A stretch of 64,000 bases of DNA from Tubiluchus corallicola. Lineage: Eukaryota > Animalia > Priapulida. The notes beneath the pieces were generated by a model, which was not told the origin of the DNA, searched no databases, and worked only from the letters and a program-made list of their open reading frames with translations. This document shows positions 9,001 to 21,132 of the stretch, piece by piece (positions within the stretch are counted from its first letter, which is position 1; each line of letters opens with the position of its first letter). The stretch spans positions 369,496-433,495 of the forward strand of contig JAQGDQ010000061.1 in assembly GCA_030141605.1 (NCBI GenBank), read 5' to 3'. The position numbers and the translations under genes were made by a program.

Positions 9001-11220
9001 ATTTTTCATACTTGTCAAAAATGTCAGATTCTTTAAAACATTTAAAATGTATGTTTCGCATTCAGCTTCTGATACCTTGTCAGTTTCGTTACATAGAAAT
9101 GGTAAAACTGTAACATTATATTCAATTAGAAATGTTTCTTTTGTAATATTCGTGGCTTGAAGCAAAATCTTACCTTCTCCAGCTGGAAGAGTTACCGGCG
9201 GAAGTATGGGCTCTGTGCTGCTGTATAAAAAATCTCCTTTAGACCCTTTCATTTCAGTTTTTCCTGCAAAATTTCTGTAATAAAAATCATAGCTGAAGAA
9301 AGTGCTGACGAAGCTACTAATGTCGCATTGTAACGAAAATTTTGTTTTCAGTGCTATTCCTTCGCTTGGAATAACAGAACAGGCAGTTTTGAATGGTGGT
9401 GGCTCACAAACAAACACTTCATAAAAGGCCGTTCCTGGAATACTAATAGCAGGACCACCCTTTACTTCTATCAGATATACATGTCCTGGAATGAAAACAT
9501 TTTTTTTCAGGACAATTACATCAGTTCCCTTTCTGACAATGGCAAATTCTGTTATATTTAAACGAGTGCTATCATCATTTAGCAAGGATCTTGCTCTTAG
9601 AGTCCAATAATAGATACCAGTTGATAAAGTATCGTTATTACAGCTCACACAAACGCTTTGCAGGATTAGGCTTTCAGCTTTGTTCACACTTCGTCTGCAG
9701 TTTTTTAAACAATTTATTTGGATAATTTCGGCTCCTGCTGGTATCACTTTTACTACTTGTTGTTTTATTTCTGACGGCCGATTGGGCTTCCCCAACTCAA
9801 GCGTGAATACTAAAACTGAATCTTGTGGAAAAGTTTTGGCTGAAATTGTAAAAGTTGGTTTATTAAATGAAAGAGCAGTAGTGTTACGTTCGATGCAGCC
9901 AATCCCCGTTGTGAATGAATAGCTAAACAAATCTAGCTCTATATAACAGCTCCACTTGTAAGTTAGGTTAGTGTCGACTTTATCAGTTGCCACACAGGCA
10001 TCATAAGAAGCTGACGCATCCATTGTTAGATTGTCTTTCCAGCTTATGTTTCTAAGAAATTCTCCAGCAATAATAGGTTCTAGCTTACTGGAGATAACAA
10101 TCCATCCCAATGTAGGCTTATAGCTTCTACTATTCAACCCGCTCTGTTTTGAAGTCAATGTTGGTGTAAGGCTGACAGTGTATGTACCTGGTACTAGAAT
10201 GCCAGTATCTACTGTGATGAACTTATCAGAATCTGTTTCTAAAGTTGTCTTTTTTGCAAGTTGACTTCCTTGCAGACAGGAATCCATATCTGACTCTGGC
10301 ACCAAACTGAAATGCCAGGCGAGAGACATGGAATAATTTATGGAACAGTTGTGTACCGTCACAGAGGATGTCAGATTAAATGCTTCAACTTCTTTAAATT
10401 TAGTTGGGTTATCTTTATTGTAACCAGCATTAATGATAATCACATCTACGTTACACAGCACAACATTTACAGTATCCAATGCGTTCCAGATGTTGTAGCG
10501 ACTCTCAGACAGCGAACCCGAAATTTTAATCTCGTGAAAACCATTCGTGAATCCATACTCACACTGATAAAAGTAACCCCGTATTGATCCATTTAGTACG
10601 TTGCTCACCAACTGCAAGTCAAATTTCCATAAATAATAATTGTAAATTAAATTTGCAGGGACAAAATGGGAATATTTCAATGCGTGGGATTTATCGCTTC
10701 CCAAGTTCAAAACAAAAGTTACATCTGAAGACAATTGTTCAGCATATATGATAACACGATAATAAGAACGTGTGAAAGTTGTATGAAATTTATTTGTAAC
10801 TATAGTTAAGCCTTCAACCTTATTTTGAGTACAATTAATTCCAGTCATTCTACGATTTTGGCATCTGTCACCTACGATGTAAACACTCCAGTGTGTTTCT
10901 CCGCCACACACTCCGTCTTTAATGAGGTAACTTGTTGTACAAGCTGTGTCACAATAACTTTCATTGCCTACATCTGACGTCATCGGACTGTGATTTCCAG
11001 TGCATCCACACGTATTTTCACTACTGCTCATTAGGGCATAGTTATAGTAATTGTCGTGGCAAAAACCAGCACATGCTGTCAGGTAAATTCCTGCGCCACT
11101 ACGTTCGAGATCGAAGTCACCCCATTTTTCATAACATCCCAGGTAAAACGTCACTATGTTTAGACAACCTTTTGGAAGAGAACTGAAACACAGTACCAGC
11201 GTAATCCAAAATTTTGCCAT
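3082..11220 (-). CDS. PKD1L: Polycystin-1-like (PKD1L/PKDREJ-type) receptor, 2712 aa, single coding exon
   Basis: Uninterrupted 8.1-kb ORF. Order of motifs: signal peptide; WSC (YLGCY..CAGFC..YNYA..CGC..VCGG..WSVY); REJ-like region (MDASASYD, YKWSC, CSVIPSEGIALKTKF); GPS (CLYWN..W..GC..HCKCYHMTIF, about 6518-6640); TM1; cytoplasmic PLAT (YLIITFTG..GAGTTAKV..IWHDNSG..WFL, about 5950-6310); FTRVQRLSC motif; polycystin channel region (RFRQVRV, YSGGGY, WIDDRTRALMIELTLFNSN). The symbol is family-level only. Confidence 0.95.
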   Translation of the reverse strand: MAKFWITLVLCFSSLPKGCLNIVTFYLGCYEKWGDFDLERSGAGIYLTACAGFCHDNYYNYALMSSSENTCGCTGNHSPMTSDVGNESYCDTACTTSYLIKDGVCGGETHWSVYIVGDRCQNRRMTGINCTQNKVEGLTIVTNKFHTTFTRSYYRVIIYAEQLSSDVTFVLNLGSDKSHALKYSHFVPANLIYNYYLWKFDLQLVSNVLNGSIRGYFYQCEYGFTNGFHEIKISGSLSESRYNIWNALDTVNVVLCNVDVIIINAGYNKDNPTKFKEVEAFNLTSSVTVHNCSINYSMSLAWHFSLVPESDMDSCLQGSQLAKKTTLETDSDKFITVDTGILVPGTYTVSLTPTLTSKQSGLNSRSYKPTLGWIVISSKLEPIIAGEFLRNISWKDNLTMDASASYDACVATDKVDTNLTYKWSCYIELDLFSYSFTTGIGCIERNTTALSFNKPTFTISAKTFPQDSVLVFTLELGKPNRPSEIKQQVVKVIPAGAEIIQINCLKNCRRSVNKAESLILQSVCVSCNNDTLSTGIYYWTLRARSLLNDDSTRLNITEFAIVRKGTDVIVLKKNVFIPGHVYLIEVKGGPAISIPGTAFYEVFVCEPPPFKTACSVIPSEGIALKTKFSLQCDISSFVSTFFSYDFYYRNFAGKTEMKGSKGDFLYSSTEPILPPVTLPAGEGKILLQATNITKETFLIEYNVTVLPFLCNETDKVSEAECETYILNVLKNLTFLTSMKNETDILDFIQTLKVIMEEVSKIRKQNETEDPEFVQKVTEMKSEIQTLVVNQLIQVPVSTHKVMKFLSSMMSQVITSDADLNPEIKVPITAKFHDIATFMKQSTEDINVNDLEDTTSALLLAVSIILGETTKRTSTSNDEKFKQLSKRELQNTFRHKRENITQVKNIILKSIDTIQNAASAILRHKIVYDEPTTFTTNLLMLRVARQKVSHLGGSELQLNGFGHFQLPSAAALSKMQEHEDELELEILSIKQNIFTPFESTLHSSIPIASLSIGRQLRHSRTEFDELSEPLEFFMDVAADAKYSKSSFVKLENHLSNKYITVHSFVLTAHTTAIMSFQDMPVGVALKVVTKTGKRPVIENFNDGSTVFHIPAINGGYYSRQFADNIVSFYNEQNVSIKYFAGILFDSYYEPSCFHPSLRCKSENVECMSGIYSDCDGSLHEASCKVNASRICSVDNCMQKYACYNDWVENCKNISRYCDSQHRQCLSVLDYKCSKHNVKCSHDCSTSLEIETCLQICTKKHQWCRQSSQFKCETVKSCVRNSDSACIDTLLVETKAQHCRYMMLKCDEQSAGECDTSFVSCNATCYQCLPKCDAEVTQNCVKACKNLRTSCYSMANQVCRQYVIKNNDNCANIPWKTNEEQNEAATPAFQEPDLTYFVFLHTADIKDSGTRARVYLRLHGNRRITNELLLSKRTFKRATVEKFTIKSKSIGKLEKITVWHNNQGIGAAWLLEKIVVKDEQLEFTCPCMTWLEGSPLENEKIFSCYVVANLTPTVNPPIQRVDFNLSFYSVKCLYWNISLYNWLDGGCFAGPLTTPSRIHCKCYHMTIFTGAIVVKPNQIDPFEDVVLFATFFDNPVIIVFMLVVWLLYLTLLIYARRNDQKDTTRVGVTVLEDNNPIDKYTYLIITFTGLRQGAGTTAKVTFLIEGKNGNSLPIKLYHKDRSTFDSGADDWFLMTTHQCLGEIIAVEIWHDNSGYDPNWFLKLVILKDVQTNAVWCFPYNNWLAIDRGPQTVKCRLFPAFKHELVRFTHIFAHRALRGFRDGHLWASVFYRPPRSSFTRVQRLSCALSLMLTAMLSNIMFYGIATNTPETQIIIGDIQLSWTQIYIGVASVLITFPINILIIQMFRSAKPYSGNRFKPFSFGWRFRRNRDHTENESLIESDFARNFEETAKENVVLFGSENDWLKWINNTRHIEIETLKEIQHNIVEARRIIEMLPKCVPALDQNRHSTRKSVISLKRNPYIYSTDISRKNRVESNIDIAYKYSDDFSIDSQSTSSTMSIDNHIKSIPFPFSLCTGKDVYGSPVVILPWWFVCIAWLLTISISLICTYLVMLYGLKFGYQKSVEWLLSMLVSVMSSICLTQPAKVLIVALVITLIFNHPPEIEPAMAELQLLQVEESNRLQSDWLVKHRIITERRYKYRPPKESEIAVIREKLLQKQNFNKIMSELLLFSFFALILSTLVFNFRDKSFFWVTKTVKDLAINGAYYQGNTTFAAITDVPGIWDYVSNSLLPSLTAGSLYNGQPVPFVVAADLVTRLIGVVRFRQVRVKPGQCSVISIFEPYGRKCTGEYHWHREDTTSYGPGWSYSRYPRYPPDHWSFQSSLSLWTPAFPGRFHLYSGGGYLVELTHSTAENRAIIESLINSRWIDDRTRALMIELTLFNSNTNLFSIVILIVEFTGLGSVTPFYSVSTMDIAKYATFLDVHVMVTEGICLIILIIFICMEVKKFNVIKFEYFRNYWNYVLLTIVILSAVRIVVFYRRTIAVNTLLEKNFKGEQSSFVNFYEVVSWHYLFTITLGTLVISVTIYLWHMLLLNKSMSVYWLTLSLSFQPMLHFWLLVFIFLVPFVLVLTTLLSANIQEDFSTYAKTLQTLLRMVFRSGKFCALETLQWGLGSLFVVIFIFISIVILLCMLRTILMLSHRIAVQRWLNMKNHYDIFHRFYHYITQKMPWLQRKQDAAKILPSLHDIYSIDESISAKF

Positions 11221-11445
11221 TGCAACCTCAAATACTTTGTCATCAGCATTCGATACTGCAGGAGATACTGAATACGAATTGCTTGAGCCAAGAGCATCAA
11301 ATCATGTGATATCTAACCTTTCAGAAAAGTGAGTTCGTGTCACTTGACAGGGTTAGGAAAATTATAGAACGCACTGTTGTTACGACGCCGATTGTTTTCT
11401 ATGCTTCTATTGTTTTCTAGCAAAGTTTACATCGCATATATTAAT

Positions 11446-11790
11446 TCTACTGGTATATACTTATATATATATATATAGATTCGAGGCTATAGCTCCAACG
11501 ACGGCACCATTTGCGGCGATCTATATGTAAAACGAAAGGTCTCGATCTAGTGTCGTGCCATTGGGGGTTTATTTTTCGAATCGAACCCACCGCGAGGAAC
11601 GGGGGGCGAAAAACCTCCAAAAATGGCCATTTTTCCGCCGTTTTTTGCAAAAGTTTTACGCCTGAGATCTGGAGAACGGGAACGGGTCGAGGGTGGTACC
11701 TATGGATAGCCAGTCATCCATTATACTCTGCTTATAACTTTAATTTAGTAAAAGCTGCTGCTGGCTTTGCGTTAGGGTAAGTAAACAAAC
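11446..11790. mobile_element. GC-rich non-autonomous repeat-like segment about 230 bp upstream of the PKD1L ATG
   Basis: Abrupt rise in GC/CpG after a short (AT)n run, with no credible ORF; resembles invertebrate non-autonomous elements. Family not identified. Confidence 0.3.
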
Positions 11791-12087
11791 AGTAGGTAGG
11801 AAGTTCGTGTATTTTTGATTATGAGTGTATTTATACGCAAAATTTTTTGTGGGGCCTTTGCTAGTAATTAATTAATTAATTAGTTGCACAACTAGACTAT
11901 TGTTTACGTATTTAGTTTTTTGCAACTTAGATGCGTCATTAGAGCTGGTTTAACCTGGTTATGTTAGGCCTATAATACAGAATAGCAGTATACACGGTGA
12001 GGAATTGGGCCTACTATGCAGCCTTTGTGTGTATATTGGTATTCTGTGGGTTCTACTAAAGTAGAGATGTTAAGATGCTACTCTATC

Positions 12088-12711
<624 letters not shown>

Positions 12712-15339
12712 CCAGCTTTAATGACGCATGTAAGTGGCAAATAAATATATTTATTTATTTATTTATTTATATGTAATTGCCTAAAATTTCGCGATGCTGT
12801 AATTATCAATTTCATACAGCTTTTTATGAATTACAACAGGTCACGTCACGTCAGCTTTTACTACACTGGGGGTTCAATGTAATGACTCATAAGACTTTTT
12901 TCAGTTTGACTTTCAAGAGATGTAGCAATATATACGTGGGCATGTACAAATCACAACTGCTAAACCCCACATGTCCGTATAGAAAATTGGAAATGAATCA
13001 CAGAATCAATGTTGGTGTCAGGCTTCACTAGTAACATCCCAGACTGTTTAATTATTCAAGGTTTCAATGGTTACAAGCTTTTCGCAGTCTGTGGACTGTT
13101 AAAATGAACTGGTTGTCTCGTTAGTAATTCACACCCAATGAAATCATTAATAGTAGTTCATATTTCTATGTTCACAATGAATTTACGCAAGCACTAACAT
13201 CGATAGTCTTAACGGTGTATTTAGTAAACTTGTTTCTTGCTATACTAGAATAGATGTTGGTTTGGATAATATGAAATTCTGCGTGGCTGTTTTCAGATTC
13301 ATTAATGGAACGCGCAGAAAATCTTTTTAAAACCCGATATGTTTGAGAGAAACAAAGCTTACTCCGAACCTGCTGTTTCTTTGAGATCCAATGTTAAACA
13401 GTAACCGCCATTGTAGTAATCCGTGAGGTTTGCAAACGCAAAATAACGTTTATTTTGCACAGGTAGAGCTAGCATATGGGGACGTTAGTGATACTTGAGA
13501 AGTTTCAAGTTTTAAAAACGTAATTGATTGATAGTAAATATTAGTGTTTTAGACCTGTCTTTAGAAGAAGTGACTTAAAAAGGTGAATTTACAGCTCAAG
13601 AAGTATCAATGTGCACTTTGGTAACAATTTTCAGAGGTTAAAAATCGCAATGAAGCATACAAGGAAAGCATACTAGAAGGTTAATTATATTTACTGATAA
13701 TTAGCTTAGATTACGTTTACGATTAGGTTCCTGATTATCAGTATAGCATGCTTTGCATACTTCTAGCTTCTAATCAGTTTAAATGTCATTTTTATAGTAA
13801 GAGCTATATGAAAAATTAAAGCTATGTGAACTACACGTATATTTTGCAGTAAACGCACATATTGTATTTTTCGGCAGTGGTTCAACTACTGGTTAAATAA
13901 TACTAGTTAGATGAAAAAGTAAAGGCAAAATGTCAACAGTAAATACAAAAGTGATGTCTTACCTCAAATGATCTCTGACATGCTAAACGGATCAGAGTGT
14001 AGTTCATATGTATTAGAAGCTATAACGTAATAGCGAGCCTAAAAAAACCCAAAATTTTTTGACATCTAGGTGCTTACAAATTTTTAATAACAAGGAATCA
14101 GAAAGTACATCGAAAGCTAAAAGTTTTGTGCTAAGTAGCCCAGTTACTCAGTGCTACTCAATGTCGTATAAATGCTGCTATCAAATACAGAATTAAACTC
14201 ATTCACCTGAAACTATTAAAATTTATTTGTATTAAAAAGCTAATTGTATGTCACCGATACACATATTTAAAGAAACAAAGTTTTATAAATGCTTTATAAA
14301 TGCTTTAAATAAAATAATTTTTTAAAGCCGCACTATAAATGACTTACCTCTGAAAGAACTACCATTTAGAAAAGTTGAAATAAATATATGATAGTAAGTT
14401 TTAATTGGCTTATAGCTGATGTAGATAACTGAACTATGAACATGAACAAAATGCGAAGATTAACATGTTTTGAAAGTACTTGCATACCTTTCTGGCACTC
14501 TTAAAATTGATATTACAATTTGTATAAATGTATTTTATATAGCCTGTACAGCATTTTATGTCACTATAGTTTCCATAATGCGACAAAAAAGAAATAAACA
14601 ACTTTTCTAACATTCTGTTAACTTGTTACTTATCGTGGAGTTATGAGCTTATAGTTTTAGCATTTAAGATTATTATCGTTTTTACAATGCTTGATGTATG
14701 GTAGCAAATGATAATCATTTTTTTGTTCAGGTTCGCAGTAATGAAGATCTCCATAGTTTCAAAGAAATGCCGAACCTCAATTTATATCTTGCAAAATTAT
14801 TGAGTAAGAAACATATTTTCGCTAAATTCTAAGTCTCGTTTTCAACCACGTTAATCTAAATTCCGCAATGAATGTGCTTGCTCACTTTGCTATAAGCGTC
14901 TAAACGTCAATTAGTAACTTAATTTGACGTTTTTCACTTTTATTGTTGCAAATAGTGAAAAATCTCTCTGCAACAAATTGTGTGACGCAAACTGTTTCAG
15001 ACAAAATTTGTTGGCAGTCGGCAACTTTTGTATGATGTGTCATGGATAACCTTACTACACAGTTGTTAGTCTGCGACAGAAAATTAAGCATGTTTAATAA
15101 AAACATGTGTGCGTCAAAGGCAATAAAACAGCGCAAATCGAGCATGCAGACGAACAAAATTCTGGTTCAAATAAAGTTGTTGTAGACAGATAACGCAGAC
15201 TTGAGCACTCAAGGAAGGAACAAGTCACACAGCATGTTGAGTTTATTTTACTATTATCATTTAAACTTAAAAAAATATGACAAAAATTGCAAAAATTGCC
15301 CATAAAGCATAAATTTAAATTATACTATCACTGAATAGA

Positions 15340-15590
15340 AATTTTCAGGCGGGATGTTGTCGCCATTCGCTTGAAAATCATTACGTAACTGGGACAATTG
15401 GCGTTTATTGACTGTGAACCACTTCAAGATGAATGACGCCATTCGAAGAATGGGCATTGAAAATAGTGAATAACGTGATTTTACTAGTTGCGGGCGGCGC
15501 TTATTGCAGTTTTATTACTAAATCCTTCTAATATTTTTCGCGTACATTGAAATAACCTTAACCTTCTGGAAGGCTTGGTTTTTCCTTTAA
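15340..15590 (+). repeat. Dispersed repeat; second copy at about 18980-19385 in FReD-1 intron 2
   Basis: Shared blocks: CAGGCG.GATG.T..CGCCATT....TGAAAAT....ACGTAACTGG and GGCGCTTATTG.AGTTTTATTACTAAATCCTTCTAA..GAAGGCTTGG.TTTTCC. Confidence 0.75.
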
Positions 15591-16134
15591 GAGAGCAGCA
15601 AAAAATCTTAATATACAAATGTTTGAAGACACTGCTTTGAATTGGATGTTAGGTCTCGTTGCATCAAGAGCTCGGGCACGACTGTTGTAGCTCTGGTTTT
15701 GATAAATCGAAGCACAAAGGAAACGAGATCAATTCATAACAAGCAACAGGGAGACATTAACTGCTGGAGAAAGTAGTGTAGAGAACCAAGGCCCAGTTAA
15801 CTTGGCGAAAAACTTAACAGACCGAAACTTGTGTGTAGTTGTTCTAATCGATATAACAAAATAGTATTTCTAATTTAATACATTTTATTGAATGTTTACC
15901 CTCAACATTGACGACAGCGTTGATGCATTAGGTAAATCTTGATGATCAACGTCGTATGCCATCTAACTTACTAACTTCACGAAAACGGAAATTACTAATT
16001 AAACTCAATTTCAAAACGCAAACACTAAGCAAACCATTTTAGCTTTAAGCGCCCAACAACGAGTGAGATCTTTGACTCGCTGAAATGCGCAAGCCAATGG
16101 CATGTTGGCCTCTACTCTAACTATTATAAAGAAG

Positions 16135-16398
<264 letters not shown>

Positions 16399-16405
16399 AT
16401 TTGAC

Positions 16406-16612
16406 TTTGATTTAACACCTTATTTCGAACATTATGTTCACGTCCAATACATACCAAACAATAACTACATAAAATCACACAAAAACTCTAAAACATACAT
16501 AAGTGCTTTATTTATTTATTTTGATTTAACACTTTACTTCAAACATAATGTTCCCATCAAATACATAACGAACAATTACTACACTGAATTACACAAAAAC
16601 CACAAATATATA
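16406..16612 (+). repeat. Two diverged tandem copies of an approximately 113-bp unit
   Basis: TTTGATTTAACAC.TTA.TTC.AACAT.ATGTTC..AATACATA...AACAAT.ACTACA occurs at about 16407 and about 16520. Confidence 0.75.
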
Positions 16613-17227
16613 AAATTATGTATTATTCTCTTTCTCTCTTTTATTAAAAACAAAAAAATGAAAAAACATTTATATATATACATAAATACTATATATAATA
16701 ATATATAATAATAATCTATAACATATATTTAGCTTCCCTCTCTCTTTCTCTTTTCTAGGGTAACGAAAGAGGGATGTGAGCTGCACAATGTCCATAATCG
16801 AATTGGATTAAATTGAATTGAATTAAAATTTAAATTTCTCCACCATAGTACAAATGATGCGATAAACACGTCCAACCTACAACATGGGTATACAGTTAAA
16901 TATGGCATAATAGTTATTAATGCAAGTGAATGAAGAGAATATAGTGAGTCGACCAAGAGGTCATCTAGTCGCATAGAGGCTATCCTTTTAATATAAATGA
17001 ATAGTAAACATTCACAGTGTCATTTATGATTCTGGCCACATTCAGATTTCAGATTTGAAATAGTTCATCTCACTAAGTTTAAATTATTCATTTTTTTGCA
17101 GTGGAAACGTGATTAACAAAATTGTGGGAGTTTAACATAAGACTGCAAATGGTTATAAAGGCAAAGGCAAAGAATACTCGATTAAAGAGACTTGGTATCT
17201 CAACCTTATAAATACATTAACAGTTAA

Positions 17228-20200
17228 ATGGTCATGCTTTGTCGTGACGGAAATAAATCGTTATTTTTTCAACTATGCTGCTTTTTAACTTTAATAAATG
17301 TGAATAATTGTGAGTTGTCACTTGAATGTTCATTTACACGTGATCAAAGCTACAAATTGACTGATAGTCTCTTGGCAAGTACTGGAAGAAGTGCCATCTG
17401 GTGTGCAGCAGAGTGCGTTAGAGATGAAAGATGCATTGCTTTCCAGTACTACCCAACTTCTACGCTTTGCGAAAAGAGTCATTCTATAATGTGCGGAAAT
17501 TCTTCTGAAATTGGAGCACAAATGTGGTTGATAGGTGGGTAAATTTCCAGTACCGCTTTCATTTACTTTTATTTGTTTCTATTGTGATGCGAACTGAAAT
17601 TCACCAAATATGTACTACTAATGTGTGCTATAGTGGGCAACTCTCCTGACAATTTCTCTCGAGTTAGTATAAAATTACCCCATTGAATGAACTGATATAC
17701 AGCCAAAAAATCGTGGGCGCAAAACAGACACTGTAATCAAGTTTTAAATTCTCAGACTTTTTGAGCAGCTGTTTTACTTTTTAATGAACAATATTCTCTA
17801 ATCATGCCAAGCCTCAAATTCAAACTGTGAATATGCGTCAAGTTGGACTACGTTACTAAATACACATGTTTTAGTGTCATGTCATATCATGTCATACGTA
17901 GATATGATTCTTAATACATGGCATTTTAAAATGCTTATTTTCTAAAGCTGAACTACAACTTTTTTCCTTAAGTGAGAACATCAAAGTTAATAAACTCAAA
18001 TTTTCTACTTTGAAAACTGTAGGTTTTTTCTTTTAAATGTGTCTCACGTATTACAACGCATTGTGTAATACTTTTGAATATCATGTTATAGGCCTAGCTA
18101 AGTAACCGAGCTAAACTAAGGGCTAGTTCAACATCTGTATGGCAGTGCTGTAATGCAACATTTTCATATATTTCTGCACAGACGTCACAGTGTGTCCAAG
18201 AACATCCGAGGCAACTGAGTTAATGACGATGGCGACGGTAACTACTGTTGACAAAACATCACTAAAGATTACAACAGAGTCATTAAAAATCACAAGCCCA
18301 GAAGATATTACAACTGCTCCAATCACAAGCCCAGAAGATATTACAACTGCTCCAATCACAAGCCCAGAAGCTATTACAACTGCTCCAATCACAAGCCCAG
18401 AAGATATTACAACTGCTCCAATCACAAGCCCAGAAGATATTACAACTGCTCCAATCACAAGCCCAGAAGATATTACAACTGCTCCAATCACAAGCCCAGA
18501 AGATATTACAACTGCTCCAATCACAAGCCCAGAAGCTATTACAACTGCTCCAACAACATTGTTCATTGAGTCAACTATGGCTTCTTTGTTTCTTCCTTGC
18601 TGGGAACTGGATACAGCTGCACCTAGTGGGGTCTACGAGGTCCTGCCCGATTTATTTGCTTACTGTGATATGAGCACTGATGATGGAGGATGGATGGTAA
18701 GTAAAGCAATAATTTTAGTTTTGTTCTAGACTGATAGTATAAAGGGGTTTATTCGAAATTAGGCGAAAATTTATTCTAATACATGTATGTGGAAATTAAA
18801 TATCAGACAATCTATATAATACATTAATAAACATAAACATAAACACAAGTACTGTTAACAGATCATAAATTTAAAGGAAAGAGCAAGTCACTCAATATGT
18901 TTTACTGTTATCACTTAAACTTAGAAAAATATAACAAAGAAATTTGCAAAAAAACAATTCTGTAAAGTATAAATCTCTATAAATTTCCAGGCGTGATGAT
19001 TGCCGCCATTTGTTTGAAAATTGTGACGTAACTGGTGGACTTCGTGGCTTTACGTGAGCACTCGATGCTTAAATTAATTTAAACTTCTGCAGCTTACCTA
19101 ATATTCACGCAAAATTATTGCAAAATTGGTTGTCTATTTTTTGTAAAAACTTATTATACTATTGGTGTTTATTGACGGTGCACTACTTTTCTTCAGGGCG
19201 AATGACGTCATTAGAAAAAGAATGGGCGTTAAAAGTGGGAGTGCCCAAGCATGACTTAATCGTGACTTTAAAGTGATATTATTAATTACACAAGGCGCTT
19301 ATTGTAGTTTTATTACTAAATCCTTCTAACATTCTGAGCGAACGTAGAAATAAACCTAACTTCCAAGAAGGCTTGGCTTTTCCAATAAATAAACAACGCA
19401 TACAGGAATATGTTTTTACAAATACATAAGAGCTTTTTTAAGTGTAGTCGATATAAAAAATACAATAACTCATATAAAACACCACTATTTATATTTCCCT
19501 GTGCTGGTTAAAAGGCATACACTAACACCTGTTAATTCACAATCACCAATAACTGAAATTTCACGCACATAGTTAATCAACAATTTCTTAACTTTTACAT
19601 CTCCACTTTTTTTTAAAAATAAAAACTAATCGATATCACACATGGATGTAAAATCTGGGAAAATATCTGCCGGCAGCTAGAAGCTATGCGTCCTCCTCTT
19701 GAGAAATTTGGCCGATGGTAGAAATGCTGCCCATTCCGTTTTCGTGAAGAATCCTCGCGATATCAGTCTTAAATGCACACAGAGTCACTAGAATGGTCAT
19801 GCATTTTCTAGGTGTTTCAAAAAAGATTTGATGGTTCTGTGTCTTTTATTCGAAATTGGAATGAATACAAGGTTGGTTTTGGTGACCTAACGGCAGAACA
19901 TTGGTTAGGTGAGTTAGCGAGTGCATTATGAGAAACATCATCGCATTTTTAATTAGTAGTGATTATTTTTCTAGTCTAAAATTTACTGACTCCTTTCAAT
20001 ACTTACTTCTCACAGCACTGCCCATGGAATAATCGAATAGCATACGTGGCTCTCTTAATTCAATGCTTACTTTCAAATATAAGAATAATTTTAAATTGAT
20101 GATTCTAAAACACAGAGAACTAGGTTGCTTAAAAGGATGTTTGCCATAGCTCTCTGAATGCCGTGCAGGCACATAAGTTTTTATTACTGTATGAATAAAC

Positions 20201-21097
20201 CATATTTAATTTATTGGTTTTGAGTTTCAAAATTGATTTTCAGGATTGGAAACTCTCCATTATTTCACCTCTACCTATAATATGGAACTGAGAATCGAAT
20301 TGAAAAATTACGAAGATGCAACACATTATTATGCTCTTTATAGTGGATTCACGGTTGCCTCTGAATTGGAAAATTATAAATTAGAACTGGGAGCGCATTT
20401 GGAGGGAAACTGTGGTAAGTAAAATGTGATGCATGAAAATTGGCGGAAATGACACGGATATAATCTCTAGGCAGCCTTAAAAATTGCACAGTATTTTCTT
20501 GACGATTTCTTACAGCCCCTTCAGCCTATCATATCTTTTAGCCATTTAGGCTAATGGTCGAAACAGTGCAAGGTGGATATGGTAGTGAGCGTATTAAAAT
20601 CGTAATATTTACAATATTTATATTGATATTAATATAATATTAATGTTATATTTACTTTATTATTATATTAATATTAATATTTACCAAATGATAAATATAA
20701 TGCGAAAAATTACACTAAAACTGATTTAAAATGTAGACTGTTTGATAGAGTTTGCAAACATTTGCAGAAACTGACATTGGAAAGGAAAATTGTTAATAAA
20801 ATTAAGTAAATGAAATCAAGCATTATTTTTATTTTTATTAAAAAAAATTTCCGTCAAACAAGCAAACAAAACTGCATCACAAGGAATACAAAGTCCAAAG
20901 TACATTTTTGCTCCTCAATATCCGAAAGTTAAACAATTAACTGCTTATTTTAATCATGCTCAGTTTATATCTGTTGATTTATCTACGTATCTATCTATCT
21001 ATCTATCAATCTATCTATCTATCTGTCTGTCTGTCTGCCTGTCTGCCTGCCTGCCTATCTGTCTGTCTGTCTGTCTGCCTGCCTGCCTGCCTGCCAA

Positions 21098-21132
<35 letters not shown>

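Noticed and set aside
3431-11186. Short ORFs nested in or antisense to PKD1L
   Set aside because: Shadows of the long coding sequence with no motifs of their own.
14731-14802. AG..GT-bounded segment that could be an exon
   Set aside because: No protein motif or partner exon; it cannot be supported without transcripts.
18123-18566. Hydrophobic repeat ORF on the minus strand; possible CRISPR-like array
   Set aside because: Antisense of the FReD-1 33-bp coding repeat; the units are contiguous with no spacers and the DNA is eukaryotic.
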